A stretch of DNA of 64,000 nucleotides from Octopus sinensis (GCF_006345805.1 NC_043020.1:14508001-14572000); one strand, 5' to 3'. Counted from the stretch's first letter, positions 12,901-25,550 are shown. A program made the numbers and translations. Notes: generated by a model not told the origin, from the letters alone.

Positions 12901-13261
12901 GAAAAAGGCACCAACATGTCTGCGGTTTTCGATTAGCCAAGATTACCCAAAATTTGCAGATTTCAAATGCTATTTATTTTTTATTTGTTAATTTAATACA
13001 ATGACCCATCCTACTCAACCCTACCTAGAGTCCTATCACTTTCTAACTCTCTCTCATTGACCCTTTGATGCTACTTTTCAATTCCTTCTTATTAACCCGT
13101 TAATGTCCCAACCCTTCTCTCATACAGAAAACTGTGGAACTCTAATAACAGTCTTGGACCCTCACAAACCATCCAACTCATTAACTATGTCAGTATTTGT
13201 GTCCATATTTATGACTGTACAAGTGCTATAAGTACACCAGCCAGACCCAGAGGATCACACT

Positions 13262-13552
13262 AACTGGATTAAACAAATGTGGCCGTTGCTAGCTTCGTCT
13301 GGTCTCCGTGCCGGTGGCACGTAAAAAGCACCATCCGATCGTGGCCGTTTGCCAGCCTCGTCTGGCACCTGTGCAGGTGGCACGTAAAGAGCACCCACTA
13401 CACTCACTGAGTGGTTGACGTTAGGAAGGGCATCCAGCTGTAGAAACAATGCCAGATCAGACTGGGCCTGGTGCAGTCTTCTGGCTTCCCAGACCCCAGT
13501 TAAACCATCCAACACATGCTAGCATGAAAAGTGGACGTTAAATGATGATGAT
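13262..13552 (+). mobile_element. RTE-tailed retroposon (family D)
   Basis: Ends ggacgttaaatgatgatgat. Confidence 0.85.
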
Positions 13553-13592
13553 AAAGATGGCATTCACTACTATGCAAACAACTTCTACTCAC

Positions 13593-13680
13593 CAGCTTCA
13601 TCCAAAATGAAACTACTAAGATGGGATTTTTTACGCTTCTTTCGACTTTCTTCTTCATCAAACTCTTCATCATCGTAACC
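13593..13680 (-). CDS. SUPT5H: SPT5 coding exon 3 (GYDDEEFDEEESRKKRKKSHLSSFILDEA)
   Basis: tttgcag| acceptor; |gtgagt donor; FILDEA motif; 88 nt. Confidence 0.95.
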
Positions 13681-13784
13681 CTGCAAAGAAAAATCATATT
13701 TAAAATAACAATGATTATAATAGCATCATCATTATTGTGGTTTCCATTTCTTTTTCTATGCATCTATTATAATACTCTTTCTCT

Positions 13785-13972
13785 TTTACTTGTTTCAGCC
13801 AGTTGACTGCGGCCATGCAGGAGCACCGCCTTTAGTCGAGCAGCTCGACCCCGGGACTTATTCTATCAGTCTCTTTTGCCGAACCACTAAGTGACAGGGA
13901 CATAAACACACCAGCATCGGTTGTCAGGCAATGCTAGGGGGACAAACACAGACACACAAACATACACGCACG

Positions 13973-14040
<68 letters not shown>

Positions 14041-14212
14041 TATATATATGACAGGCTTCTTTCAGTTTCCGTCTACCAAATCCACTCACAAGGCTTTGGT
14101 CAGCCCGAGGCTATAGTAGAAGACACTTGCCCAAGGTGCCACACAGTGGGACTGAACCCGGAACCATGTAGTTGGTAAGCAAGCTACTTACCACACAGCC
14201 ACTCTTGCGCCT
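13785..14212 (-). mobile_element. SINE family A
   Basis: Full head-to-tail match with expanded (CA)n(TA)n. Confidence 0.9.
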
Positions 14213-14630
14213 AATGGATAGATCTATATAAAACAACACAGATGATCTGTCACAGTCCTGTCTCCTCTCATGCATTATATAGAAACACAAGGGTCCCCTG
14301 GTGACAAGTTTGTATACAGGAGATAATTTCTTTGCTAATACTCGGCAGGATTAGAAGTTTGAATTTGAAATTGAGCAACAAGGAAGGACATGTAGAGAAT
14401 AAACATGGTTTTGCTTTTCTGACTTACACATAACAAAGTTTGTAAGGTTTCTAAAAGAAAACTAATTATAAAGTTTCCTGTATACATTTAAAGCCATAAT
14501 AATAATAATAATCCTTTCTACTAAGGGCACAAGGCCTGAAATTTTGGGGGAGGAGACTAGTTGATGTAATTGACAACAGTGTTTCACTCGTATTTAATTT
14601 ATTGACCCCAAAAGGATGAAAGGCAAATTT

Positions 14631-15026
14631 GGATCTTTTTGGTTTGAACGGCAGTTTTTTAAAATAACTTCCACGTAGCTAAACACTTTTAAACTTCGTA
14701 TACTGGTAGAATGTGTTTATAAAACATCTTTTTCTCTTGGCTTAGTTTGTAAGATATTTGTTGTTTTTTTTCTTCAATTTCTGCAATTTCAACCAATCAA
14801 TGACGTGTATTGAGGTAAAAAAACATTCTGTGCCATATGAATATGTCCCTTGTTTAAGAAACAGATTGGGTTTATTTACATTTGCGAAGAAAAAAAGATA
14901 CCCTTCCCCCCACCCCTAACCCTAAAACAGATTGAAATGCAATAAATCGATACTAGGGTCATAATTATGGGTGACAATTTCATATGACACAGCTAGAAAA
15001 AACTGCCGTTCAAACCGAAAAGATCC
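14631..15026. mobile_element. MITE with ~29-bp TIRs
   Basis: GGATCTTTT.GGTTTGAACGGCAGTTTTT ... AAAAACTGCCGTTCAAACCGAAAAGATCC. Confidence 0.8.
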
Positions 15027-15190
15027 AAAATACTTTATAATAACCAAAGCAGAAATTTGAACTCAGAACATAAAGACAGGTGAAATACTGCTAAGTATTT
15101 CGTCCAGTGTACTAACGATTCTATCAGCTCACCACCTTAAATAATGATAATAATAATAATAATAAAGTATTAATCATCAAATATACAAAC

Positions 15191-15382
15191 ATCCTCATCT
15201 TCATCCGCTAGATCTTCAGCGTCTTTAATTAAAGCATCTTCCCCTTCATCTGCTTCATCATCCTCTTCATCACTCCCAGCTTCCTCAGCTTCTTCAGCTT
15301 CCTCTCCATCCTCTGCTTCATCAGGTTCCTCTATTTCTCCATCTTCGCCTTCTGACGCCGCTTCTGCAGTTTCATTTGTCTG
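15191..15382 (-). CDS. SUPT5H: SPT5 coding exon 2 (acidic tract QTNETAEAASEGEDG...DEDED)
   Basis: ttcttcag|CAG acceptor (NAGNAG); GAT|gtttgt donor; 192 nt, phase 0/0. Confidence 0.88.
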
Positions 15383-15524
15383 CTGAAGAAATAATATTTA
15401 TTTGGTTTGTTTTGGAAGAGAGGAATACTTATTATGTAAATAATATATTTTGAAATCAGAGATAAAAACCATAAAAAAATGGACAGGTGACAAGTATTTT
15501 TGGAAGCATTTAGAGATAATTTAC

Positions 15525-15590
15525 CTCATCTTCTGCAGCGCTCTGCTCGCTCTGAGCGTCAGATAAGTTGCTTTCATCGCTATCAGACAT
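15525..15590 (-). CDS. SUPT5H: SPT5 coding exon 1 (MSDSDESNLSDAQSEQSAAEDE); exon begins at 15609 with 19 nt of UTR
   Basis: Acceptor ttttacag before 15609; ATG at 15590; donor GAG|gtaaat; 66 nt. Confidence 0.93.
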
Positions 15591-15729
15591 AGTCAATAAA
15601 ATGCAATCTCTGTAAAAGAGAAATGGTGGAAGCAATAAGATGAAATCCAAACATATAAGGAAACATTTTAATTTTCAAAATATTTTACATCAACAGTAGT
15701 GTGAAAAAAAAAAATTGATATTTACTTTA

Positions 15730-16085
15730 CTTTTTTACTTGTTTCAGTCATTTGACTGCGGCCATGCTGGAGCACCGCCTTTTTTTAGTCAAGCAAATCG
15801 ACCCCAGGACTTATTCTTTGTAAGCCTAGTACTTATTCTATCGGTCTCTTTTGCCGAACCGCTAAGTAACAGGGACGTAAACATACCAGCATCGGTTGTC
15901 AAGCGATGTTGGGGGGACACACACAAACACATACATACGACAGGCTTCTTTCAGTTTCCGCCTACCAAATCCACTCACAAGGCTTTGGTCAGCCCGAGGC
16001 TATAGTAGAAAACACTTTCCCAAGGTGCCACGCAGTGGGACTGAACCCGGAACCGTGTGGTTGGTAAGCAAGCTACTTACCACGC
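15730..16085 (-). mobile_element. SINE family A
   Basis: Colinear with the other family A copies. Confidence 0.9.
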
Positions 16086-16414
16086 AAAATTTTTTTAAAG
16101 AAATGTCAAAAAGAAAAAAAAAAACTTTGTAGGAAGTAAAACATCATTTGCTGAATCACTGCAGCAGTTTGCATGAGAAATATTTTAGATCTTCATAGCT
16201 TGCAATTTCTTTCTACATTCTAGAACTGGCATAAGTAGCCTTTTACAAGAAGCAGACTGCATGAGATGTGGCTTATCATTAGATAGGCTACACAACTAAA
16301 ACAAATTCAAGGTAATTTTTTGTTAGGTAATGCCATTTGGAAAGTTCTTCAGCAGTGGAAATGCCACTAAGCATTCTCCCCGGCATGTTAATGATCCTGC
16401 CAACTCACTATCTT

Positions 16415-16783
16415 ACTCTTTTACTTGCTTCAGTCATTTAACTGTGGCCATGCTGGAGCACCGCCTTTAGTCGAGGAAATCGACCCCCGGACTTATTCTT
16501 TGTAAGCCTAGTACTTATTCTATCGGTCTCTTTTGCCGAACCGCTAAGTTACGGGGACATAAACCCACCAGCATCGGTTGTCAAGCAATGCTAGGGGGAC
16601 AAACATAGACACACACACATGCATATATATACATATATACGACGAGCTTCTTTCAGTTTCCGTCTACCAAATCCACTCACAAGGCTTTGGTCGACCCGAG
16701 GCTATAGTAGAAGACACTTTCCCAAGGTGCCACGCAGTGGGACTGAACCCGGAACCATGTGGTTGATAAACAAGCTACTTACC
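16415..16783 (-). mobile_element. SINE family A
   Basis: Colinear with the other family A copies. Confidence 0.9.
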
Positions 16784-16945
16784 AAACGAAGAGAGGAAAT
16801 TTAGAAGCACAACTTATTTCCATGTCTGAAATATGTTACAGTATTACAGAAGATGTATGACTTGTTAAGTAGAAATATTTACTATAATATCCAGTATTCA
16901 GTTCAACAACAATGAAAGACGAAATTCAGAAGGGATCCACTAGCC

Positions 16946-17372
16946 CAGTGGTTCCTAAACTTTGTCAGGCTGTCAGTCCTTTTGACACTCAGGACACTTT
17001 CCTAGTGCTCCCACCCCAACTAACCATCACATAGACTTCTTTCTGAAGCAAATTCAAACAAACTGTATTTCGCAAATAAAACTTAACCTAGTGAACTTGC
17101 TATTTTGTTGTTTTTACATGAATCGCTCCCCCATTATCACCCCGCTGTTCTTCAATGCCCCCTTGGAACTTTCCACCGCCCCCAGAGGTGGAAGAACACC
17201 TATGTTTTCTTACAGGATTTAACATAATCAATTGTCTTTATTGTGTACCAGTCTAGGAATAAGGTGATTTAAATTTAAATCTATTAGATTGTGATTTTCA
17301 ATGATGTTAAATTATGATGAACTATGTATGATCCTTATAGTACTATTAAGTTCCTACTTTAGGAACCACTAG
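16946..17372. mobile_element. Possible hAT (Charlie-type) MITE
   Basis: CAGTGGTTCCTAAA ... TTTAGGAACCACTAG; flanking cactagcc / gactagcc resemble an 8-bp TSD. Confidence 0.5.
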
Positions 17373-17650
17373 TGACTAGCCAGAAGAATGATTGCTATGT
17401 CACATAAAGTGGGAGATTACAAGTTCAATTCTCCAGTATTACCCCACACAGGAGAGAATGTTCAGCAAGCCAACCTTATAAACAACTTCTGAAGTTGTTG
17501 TCTATAAGGTTCATACATAGTTCATCATAATTTAACATCATTGAACATCACAATCTAATGGATTTAAATTTAAATCACCTTATTCCTAGACTGGTACAAA
17601 ACAAAGACAATTCATCATGTTAAATCCTGTAAGAAAACATAGGTGTTCTT
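17192..17650. repeat. Inverted repeat with 149-bp arms (17192-17340 and 17502-17650)
   Basis: aagaacacctatgttttcttacagg... versus ...cctgtaagaaaacataggtgttctt. Confidence 0.85.
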
Positions 17651-18237
17651 TTGAACTGAACTTCAACATACTGATCACATATTTTGTCCAAAAGTCAAAA
17701 TTTCATGTTGACGGACTCACCAGTCAACACATTTGCATGCTTTATACCACATATTGTCATTGTGAAACTAGTGAAATGTGAGATTAGTTCTGGCATAAAT
17801 GAACCTTGCTCTTTTGAAGATATCCAATACTGTTATGGTCAAATGCTAACTTCTTACTTAATCTTCTGGCAGTGACTTACACATTTTTCAGCAGAACGGA
17901 GCCTTTCCTCATTATTGCAACAGCACAAGAGAAAAATGAAAAGACCATTTAACTGACCACTCAACAGATGTCTAAGGAACAATGAGCTGTAATCATTAAA
18001 GAATTTGCTAATTTGACAGATGATTTGTGTCTCAAAGCAAGAGATGGCACAGGTTGAACATTTGAGTAAAAATAGTGTTAATGATTATTATTGATAAAAA
18101 TCATAGTATTTGCCTAAATATCTTCTATTTTAGTCCTTGTTATCATATATCCTTTTCTTCACAATTGGATATACCAATCTAACCTGTTCCTTTTCCCTGC
18201 AGTGTACTGCACTGATAGTAGTACCTTTTGCAAGGTA

Positions 18238-18583
18238 CTCTTTTACTTGTTTCAGTCATTTGACTGCAGCCATGCTGGAGCACCGCCTTTAATCAAGAAA
18301 CTCGACCCCGGGACTTATTCTTTTGTAAGCTTAGTACTTATTCTATCAGTCTCTTTTTGCCGAACCGCTAAGTAACGGGGACAAACACAAACACACACAC
18401 ACATATATATATATATGTACGACGGGCTTCTTTCAGTTTCCGTCTACGAAATCCACTCACAAGGCTTTGGTCGGCCCGAGGCTATAGTAGAAGACACTTG
18501 CCCAAGGTGCCACGCAGTGGGACCGAACCCGGAACCATGTGGTTGGTAAGCAAGCTACTTACCACACACCCACTCCTGCACCT
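18238..18583 (-). mobile_element. SINE family A
   Basis: Colinear with the other family A copies. Confidence 0.9.
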
Positions 18584-18967
18584 ATAGTACTATTAACTTT
18601 CTGACAAACAATGGATTCTTATGTTATTCATGGTTGTAAACCATCAAAAGATGATCCTACCTCATATACTTTCAGTATAGCTGCCAGACTCAAACTGATA
18701 AAAAAAAAACTATTTTATAGATTTCCCCCCAAAAATGATTAGCTCAAAGAATCACAATTATCTGTTGGCAGTATATTCTAACTTTTGACCGTAGCTGAAT
18801 CACAGAAAGTAAACTATAAATGGTGGTTAATTGTAATTACACAATTCTAGGTATGATGGAAGGTGTATTGGACAAGCACCTTCCAGCATACCTTTAGTGG
18901 ACCTAAATCATGAAAGTGAAGCTTTGGTAGATGGAAACTGTGCAGAAGCCTACAGAACAGGTAGTCC

Positions 18968-19105
18968 TTTTCTTGGCCAGTTCAACTGGGGTCTGGGAAG
19001 CCAGAAGGCTGCACCAGGCCCAGTCTGATCTGGCAGTGTTTCTACAGCTGGATGCCCTTCCTAACGCCAACCACTTCATGAGTGTAGTAGGTGCTTTTTA
19101 CGTTG
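18968..19105 (-). mobile_element. Family D retroposon fragment
   Basis: ctggggtctgggaagccagaaggctgcacc...ggatgcccttcctaacgcc. Confidence 0.75.
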
Positions 19106-19404
19106 TAAATGTTGTTTAATATTGCAGAAAGTATAAATGATCAGGCCAATCTCAGTAGTCTTGCTTTTCCTCCTCTAACCAAGAAAAGACCAAGTTAAAA
19201 ATCTGAATGCCATATGTCCTATACGACTATCAGCTACCATGATTTTTACAAGCTATAATAATCCATATTACACACACAATGGACATGTACATATGTATGT
19301 GTGTAGGTAGGTCAGCAGGTTTGTGATATCTGTGTGTATAGTATGAATTAGATCATCAAATCACAGAATCCCATGCCTTGACGGGTTCAGATCTACCCCA
19401 GTAC

Positions 19405-19690
19405 TTATTCCTAAGTCTGACACTTATTCTACTGGTTTCTTTAGCAAAACTGCTAGGTTACAGGACAAACACTGGTTGTCAAGTAGTAGCAATGGACAAA
19501 CACGAAGATGTGTGTGTGTGTGTATGATGGACGATCTTCCACGCAGTTTCCGTCTACTAAATTCACTCACAAAGCATCAGTCGGGCTCGGGGCTATATTA
19601 GAAGACATTTTCCCAATGTGCCGCAATGTCGCACTAAAACCGTAAATTAAACGTTTGCAAAGCGAGCTTCTTAACCACGGAACCGCGTCT
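19405..19690 (-). mobile_element. Degenerate SINE family A
   Basis: cagtttccgtctactaaattcactcacaaagc... Confidence 0.65.
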
Positions 19691-20045
19691 TCCCCTATCA
19701 AAACTTTAATTCCAGAATAATACCGTTAAATATCACACTGTAGCGATATACATACGTTATATATATATATATAGCAGAGACAAATCACAAGTGAAGAGAA
19801 TAATTACTATCAAAAGACAGTCGAAAAGAAAAACCTAGCAGGAATAAAAGAAACTAGTGTCGTTTATTAGAAAGTGTGTGCGTTTATACACGCACCATAT
19901 CTAGGACTTTCAAGTGTTTAACACTCGATACAATGAGGGAATCGGCCTTCGGATGCTTTAACGCAAAGAGCCGGCGAACAAGCAAAATACATACGTTGAG
20001 TATGCGCGGTTGATTATATATATAATGATAAAATGAGGGACTCAC

Positions 20046-20144
20046 AGTCTTATTAAAGAAAGATTAGTTGATTTGTGATACAAAGAAGTCACTTAAGGAA
20101 ACCTGGATAACATATAGTATCCTGCAATACTTCAGCCGTAACAG
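20046..20144 (-). other. Candidate non-coding 5' UTR exon of SUPT5H
   Basis: Poly-pyrimidine ttattttag| acceptor and |gtgagt donor on the minus strand, in a non-repetitive, CpG-richer segment; the ATG exon has an acceptor, so an upstream exon is required. Confidence 0.35.
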
Positions 20145-20859
20145 CTAAAATAAATTAAAAACAAAAAAAAAACGTAACATGCAATAATTATAAATGCAGT
20201 TTATAAATCAAATATTACAGTTGAAGTGATCGAGTAATAAAAAAAAACTAAGGCAGTTTTATAATTTAATTTTGTAATTAGAAGACATATTTCTATTACA
20301 AATTTGAGTTGGACTATCAAACTTCGTATTTTGGAATTTAACTGCTTCTTGTGGCCGTTTTAAGTCTCATATCCATGTAAATATAATTTATGCCAATATT
20401 AAGCAACTGAGAGGTAAACAATGAAACCCGGAAGGGATTTAAAGTGAATAAGGAAAACAATTAAGGAACAGATCTAAATGTAACTATCATCATGTTGGTA
20501 AAATTTTCGTGTATTTTTCTGGGTCTCAATATTTCTATACATGTACTCACGTGGACTCGTTTATACATCAACTCTTACTATCTCAAAATGTTCTACCATA
20601 TCAAATAGTTTCTAATATTAATTATGGAATACATAAACAAATATGTATTGATGTATCGAACAGAAATCCTGTGTCGAGCAGAAAAATAGTTTGAATTGTC
20701 TAACAGATGGACAGCAACTTCGGATGAAATTGTACAATAGTTTAATAAAATTAATGCAGTAGAATAACAAGAATGAAATTATCAACACGGTAATTCTAGT
20801 ATTAAAGCATAAATAATAATTATAAAATTAAAATAATGTAAATAATATGTTTTAATTAC

Positions 20860-20960
20860 CGAGCGATGCAGTCAGCGATTCGATCCAAGTTCGAATATGG
20901 AGACACTGAAGTGTAGGAGCTAAATTGGACAGTGGCAGATTCGTATTCTGAGAAAAACAA
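20860..20960 (-). promoter_or_regulatory. Candidate first exon/TSS region of SUPT5H
   Basis: Local CpG cluster ending in CG|gtaatt, a donor-like site on the minus strand; the start boundary is a guess. Confidence 0.25.
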
Positions 20961-21479
20961 TCAGTTAAAGGCATATCATATATTCAATGATCGCAAATAA
21001 ATAAATATTTTTAAATATATGTATATATATTTTTAAATTAAGTAGATTAAGAATTATTTTTATCAGTATTCAATTATTTAAGTTAAATGTAAATCCGAAA
21101 CTATACAACAAACGGATATGCATCTATAGGAGCAGGAGCTGGTCACCAATGTATTATTATTCTAGATATTGTTTAATGTCTTTATTTTGTGGTGGAATTA
21201 TCTTAAAATTTGACCATTATTACTATTACCAGAACAGCAGTAATAATGATGATATATTTATATAGAGTGAAAGAGAGAGGAGATGCACAATGCAAGTCTA
21301 TATTTTCGTATTAAGGGGAGACAACAACGTTATAGCTATCTATCTATCTGATCACAATTCGTGAGAATATTCCCGATGTCATAAGACATCGCGTGGAACC
21401 GTATCTAACAGCAATTTCATCTTTGGTGCGCTTTTTCTGAGCCAAACTGCTATCATATATTTAGGATGTTGTCTCAGTT

Positions 21480-22335
21480 TTAGACGCAGCAAATGATTTT
21501 AGTTCACTAGAGGCGATTCATTGGTTAAAATTCGAAAAATTAAACTACGTTAAACAAACAAATTACAATTTTCTCAAGAAAGCCAAGAGAAAAAAATGTT
21601 TTATTTTGACACATTCTACCAGTATACGAAGTTCTAAAGTACTTTAGTTAACTAGAAATTGTGTTGACATGTGCCGTTCAAAAGGAAAAGATCCTAGATG
21701 TTTCCTGCATCGCTCACAGTTTTTGAAATTTTGAAATTAAATGAAAATTTTCAAATTTGGTATATTGATGTAATTTTCCACTCTGAATATGATTTTGTTA
21801 TTCTGTTGTTGCAGAAAAATTTTAGGGGTTTAATATTTGATTATTTTTATCCAATCAGAAAGCAGAATTTGGAAGCTGGGACTTCGTGCGTAATAGCCGT
21901 CTATGATAATATTATGACGACGGAAGTTTTAATGAATAAAATGTGAAATGTTAGAACAGACATGTCAACGATATAAAAAAGAAAATTCAATGAAATTTTA
22001 TATCCGGAAAATTACACAAAAAACACACAAACTGAACGTTGAATTACAAAGAAAAAAAAGACAGAAATAACTAGTTCAATACATGTAAACAATACATCTT
22101 TTGGGATCTTTTTGCTTTGACCGGCAGATTTTTAAAATAATTTCTTTGTAACTAAACACTTTTAAATTTCGTATACTGGTAGTGTGTTACATAAAACATC
22201 TTTTTCTCTTGGCTTTCTTGAGAAAATTCTGTAGTTTGTAAGCTATTTGTTGTTTAATTTATTGCATTTCGGCAATTTCAACCAATCAATGACGTCTATT
22301 GAGGTGAATACAATTTCTGCCATAGTTTGTCGACA
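21480..22335. mobile_element. Two divergently oriented partial copies of the 14631 MITE family (21480-21695 minus, 22104-22335 plus)
   Basis: gccgttcaaaaggaaaagatcc and gggatctttttgctttgaccggcag termini, with shared internal sequence. Confidence 0.6.
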
Positions 22336-23182
22336 ACATTTTCTGGCAGTGTCATATCAATGTGTCACTATTATTTATGACATATTTCATATCAGTTACA
22401 TTCATATGAATAAAAAATTATCGTTATTAAACTTTTATTAATAAACACATATTCTAAGTTGATGATGATTGTGTGTAGGCTGCACTTTTAGGCATAAGTG
22501 AATATATTCTCATCAATGCGCCTGATGTTAAAACACATGGAAGATAACTCGCACTAGGCCTCATTTAGGAGCGATGGACCTCGATGTTTCATTTTTGTGA
22601 CTTGTCAATGAGGCCCGCTGAAAGCTAAATTACCGTCTGTGACTACATGTAAAATGGTGTAAGAACCATTTACTAGTGTGTCCCAACGTATATACACGAT
22701 GGGGTTCTTTCAGTTTTCGTCTATAAAATCCACTCACAAGGTGCCATGTAGTGGTACTGAACTCAGAACTACGTGGTTAGGAATCAAGTTTCTAACCACA
22801 CATATATAATATTAACGATTGCTTTTTGGTAATGTTACATATGAGAAGGAAAAAGAAAATAGTTAAGCATGAATTGCAGCATGATTCAATATCTTTCAGT
22901 AGAGTGTCATATTTTGTTTAGGCAGGAAAAATTGACTGTTATTTCCAAATTTTGGTTTAGTAAACTTCGTCAGACTATCTACCGAAACTTTGAAGTGACA
23001 GTCAGCTTTTTGCGCATGCGTGTGCATATATATATATATATAATTTATAAGTAAGGGCAAAAGAAAAAATTTCTAATGCCAAAATATGCCGAAAAAAGAC
23101 ACGTCAATAACCATATAATTTATCACGACAAGCACGTGTTTCAAAGAAAGCCGACAGAAATTTCTAAAAAAAATCCTGTTAT

Positions 23183-23242
23183 TAACATATCGGACCCAAT
23201 TTCAGAGTTGGTTCGTAAGAACCTTCCCTTCATCAGTGATGT
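23183..23242 (-). ncRNA. Type I hammerhead motif with degraded helix I (left arm of palindrome 1)
   Basis: acatca-CTGATGA-aggg aa ggttc ttac gaacc aa ctct-GAAA-ttg ggtc cga-TA-tgtt; core intact, helix I mismatched. Confidence 0.5.
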
Positions 23243-23365
23243 GTCTCGAGGTGTGCTAGGGAGTTTCTATTTTGAGTATATTTGGGGTACTTAGTTGTGC
23301 TCGTGACTTAGTGTTCGCTTCTTCCGTGGGTATAAGTAAGTATTTCACATATTTCTTTGCCACAT

Positions 23366-23426
23366 TTATCACTGATGAAGGGAAGGTTCTTATGAACTAA
23401 CTCTGAAATCGGGTTCGATATGGTAA
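23366..23426 (+). ncRNA. Type I hammerhead ribozyme motif (right arm of palindrome 1)
   Basis: TTATCA-CTGATGA-AGGG aa GGTTC ttat GAACT aa CTCT-GAAA-TCG ggtt CGA-TA-TGGTAA; helices I, II and III all pair; AUA cleavage triplet. Confidence 0.7.
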
Positions 23427-23652
23427 TAACGGGATTTTTTTTAGAAATTTCTGTCGGCTTTCTTCAAAACACGTGCTTGTAGTGATAAATTACATGGTTA
23501 TTGACATTGTGTCTTTTTTCAGCATATTTTGGCATTAGAAATGTTTTCTTTTGCCCTTACTTATAAATTGTTTATAAATTTAACCTTTAAAGGTATGTTT
23601 TAATATGCTGGCGATTGATAGAATTTTTTTCGAAAAAATTTATCCTAAATTA

Positions 23653-23692
<40 letters not shown>

Positions 23693-23696
23693 TATA

Positions 23697-23942
23697 TCAT
23701 CATCATCATTTAACGTCCGCTTTCCATGCTAGCATGGGTTGGACGGTTCAACTGGGGTCTGGGGAGCCCGAAGGCTGCACCAGGCCAGTCAGATCTGGCT
23801 GTGTTTCTACAGCTGGGTGCCCTTCCTAATGCCAACCACTCCGAGAGTGTAGTGGGTGATTTTATGTGCCACCGACACAGGTGCCAGACAAGGCTGGCGA
23901 ACGGCCACACTCGGATGGTGTTTTTTATGTGCCACCGACACA
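23697..23942 (-). mobile_element. RTE-tailed retroposon (family D)
   Basis: (CAT)n tail plus family motif. Confidence 0.85.
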
Positions 23943-24150
23943 TAATTGAGTAGTTGAATGAATTATCTTATTATGGATAATTCGGTTAACCGATACCTGG
24001 GTAGCAAATTCACGTCAGAAAAACACGGTTGAAGCTACATGCCTAGGGCAGAGATCACGTGCTATCGTGTGGAAATTTGTGTGTTTTTTTAAATACAAAT
24101 AAATGAAAGAATGGAGTTGAACAACGAATTAATAAAATTCTTTTATTTTA

Positions 24151-24233
24151 TTTTCGACATATGTTTCGAAGGCTGCATATTCCTAATTTTGAAGGAATAA
24201 GGGGTGCATTATGCCGCCTTCTCATCAGGAAAA
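24151..24233 (-). ncRNA. Type I hammerhead ribozyme, Penelope-like, with palindromic helix III (left arm of palindrome 2)
   Basis: TTTTC-CTGATGA-GAAGGC...GCCTTC-GAAA-CATATG-TC-GAAAA; canonical GUC cleavage triplet. Confidence 0.8.
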
Positions 24234-24361
24234 GTAGGGAACTTATGTCAGCATCAAGATGCACAAAATTTTTTAGATGACTGCCCACACGGAGCCCATA
24301 GCAATAATGGGCAGTCATCTAAAAATTTTTGTGCATCTTGATGCTGACATAAGTTCCTTAC

Positions 24362-24444
24362 TTTTCCTGATGAGAAGGCGGCATAATGCACCCCTTATTC
24401 CTTCGAAATTAGGAATATGCAGCCTTCAAAACATATGTCGAAAA
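24362..24444 (+). ncRNA. Hammerhead copy with core mutation GAAA>AAAA (right arm of palindrome 2), probably inactive
   Basis: Same fold as 24151-24233, but G12 is replaced by A at 24428. Confidence 0.65.
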
Positions 24445-24494
24445 TAAAATAAAGGAATTTTATTAATTCGTCGTTCAACTCCGTTCTGTCATTT

Positions 24495-24715
<221 letters not shown>

Positions 24716-24999
24716 TAGAGGGCATTATACATACATGCCAGGAAGCATTGTATATACATATATGGGTTGGACGGTTATATATGGGTTGGACGGGTTGGAA
24801 GTATATACAATATACAATGCTTCCTGGCATGTATGTATAATGCCCTCTATATATAAATTAATATGTTCAATAAGAAATAATTTTTTTTTTCGAAATTTTT
24901 TCTCTTATGAGGTTTTTACGCTATCTACCTGACAATTTCTTGTTAAGTTTTCCTTATTAAGTAGTTGTCCTTAATTGCTATATTATTTATATATATTAT

Positions 25000-25036
<37 letters not shown>

Positions 25037-25041
25037 GACAC

Positions 25042-25258
25042 ACGAGAGGGATGCTGAAGAGTTCTTGTCTTTTGGTTTAAGGAAAATATAAGACGATCAC
25101 TTTTAATCATGATTTTCTTCGACATATTCACCTCCCATATTCATACATTTATTGTCGTGGTCCAGTTTTTCTAAGCTCTGTAAAAGAATTCGGAAGTTTG
25201 GACCTCCCAACCAGGCCTTTCGCGACACCCTTCCAACCAGGAACTTTTCAGTACAACT
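25042..25258. mobile_element. Degenerate mariner-derived MITE
   Basis: cgagagggatgctgaagagttc ... ccaggaacttttcagtac; related to 62820-63036. Confidence 0.55.
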
Positions 25259-25375
25259 TTGTATATATGTACATATATATGTTACTTCTGTTAAATATTA
25301 ATAAAAATATACTGATATTCATATTTTGAGTTCTATTTTTCCTATTTACAACGCTATACCTATATACATACATGC

Positions 25376-25406
<31 letters not shown>

Positions 25407-25550
25407 AAAAATTTTTTATTTAAAATTAAATAAGGGTAGAAATTGATATTACTAAATTAATACCAGTGGCTTAGCATATTTAAGAAATCGGAAGATTACA
25501 AATTGAGTTGTATGTAACACAATTTTTAATATACATATAATAATAATAAT

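Larger units (their letters stand above)
23042..23569. mobile_element. Palindromic Penelope-like remnant 1 (arms 23042-23240 and 23368-23569)
   Basis: ~200-bp inverted arms, ~93% identical, with a 127-bp spacer; a hammerhead motif in each arm. Confidence 0.7.
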
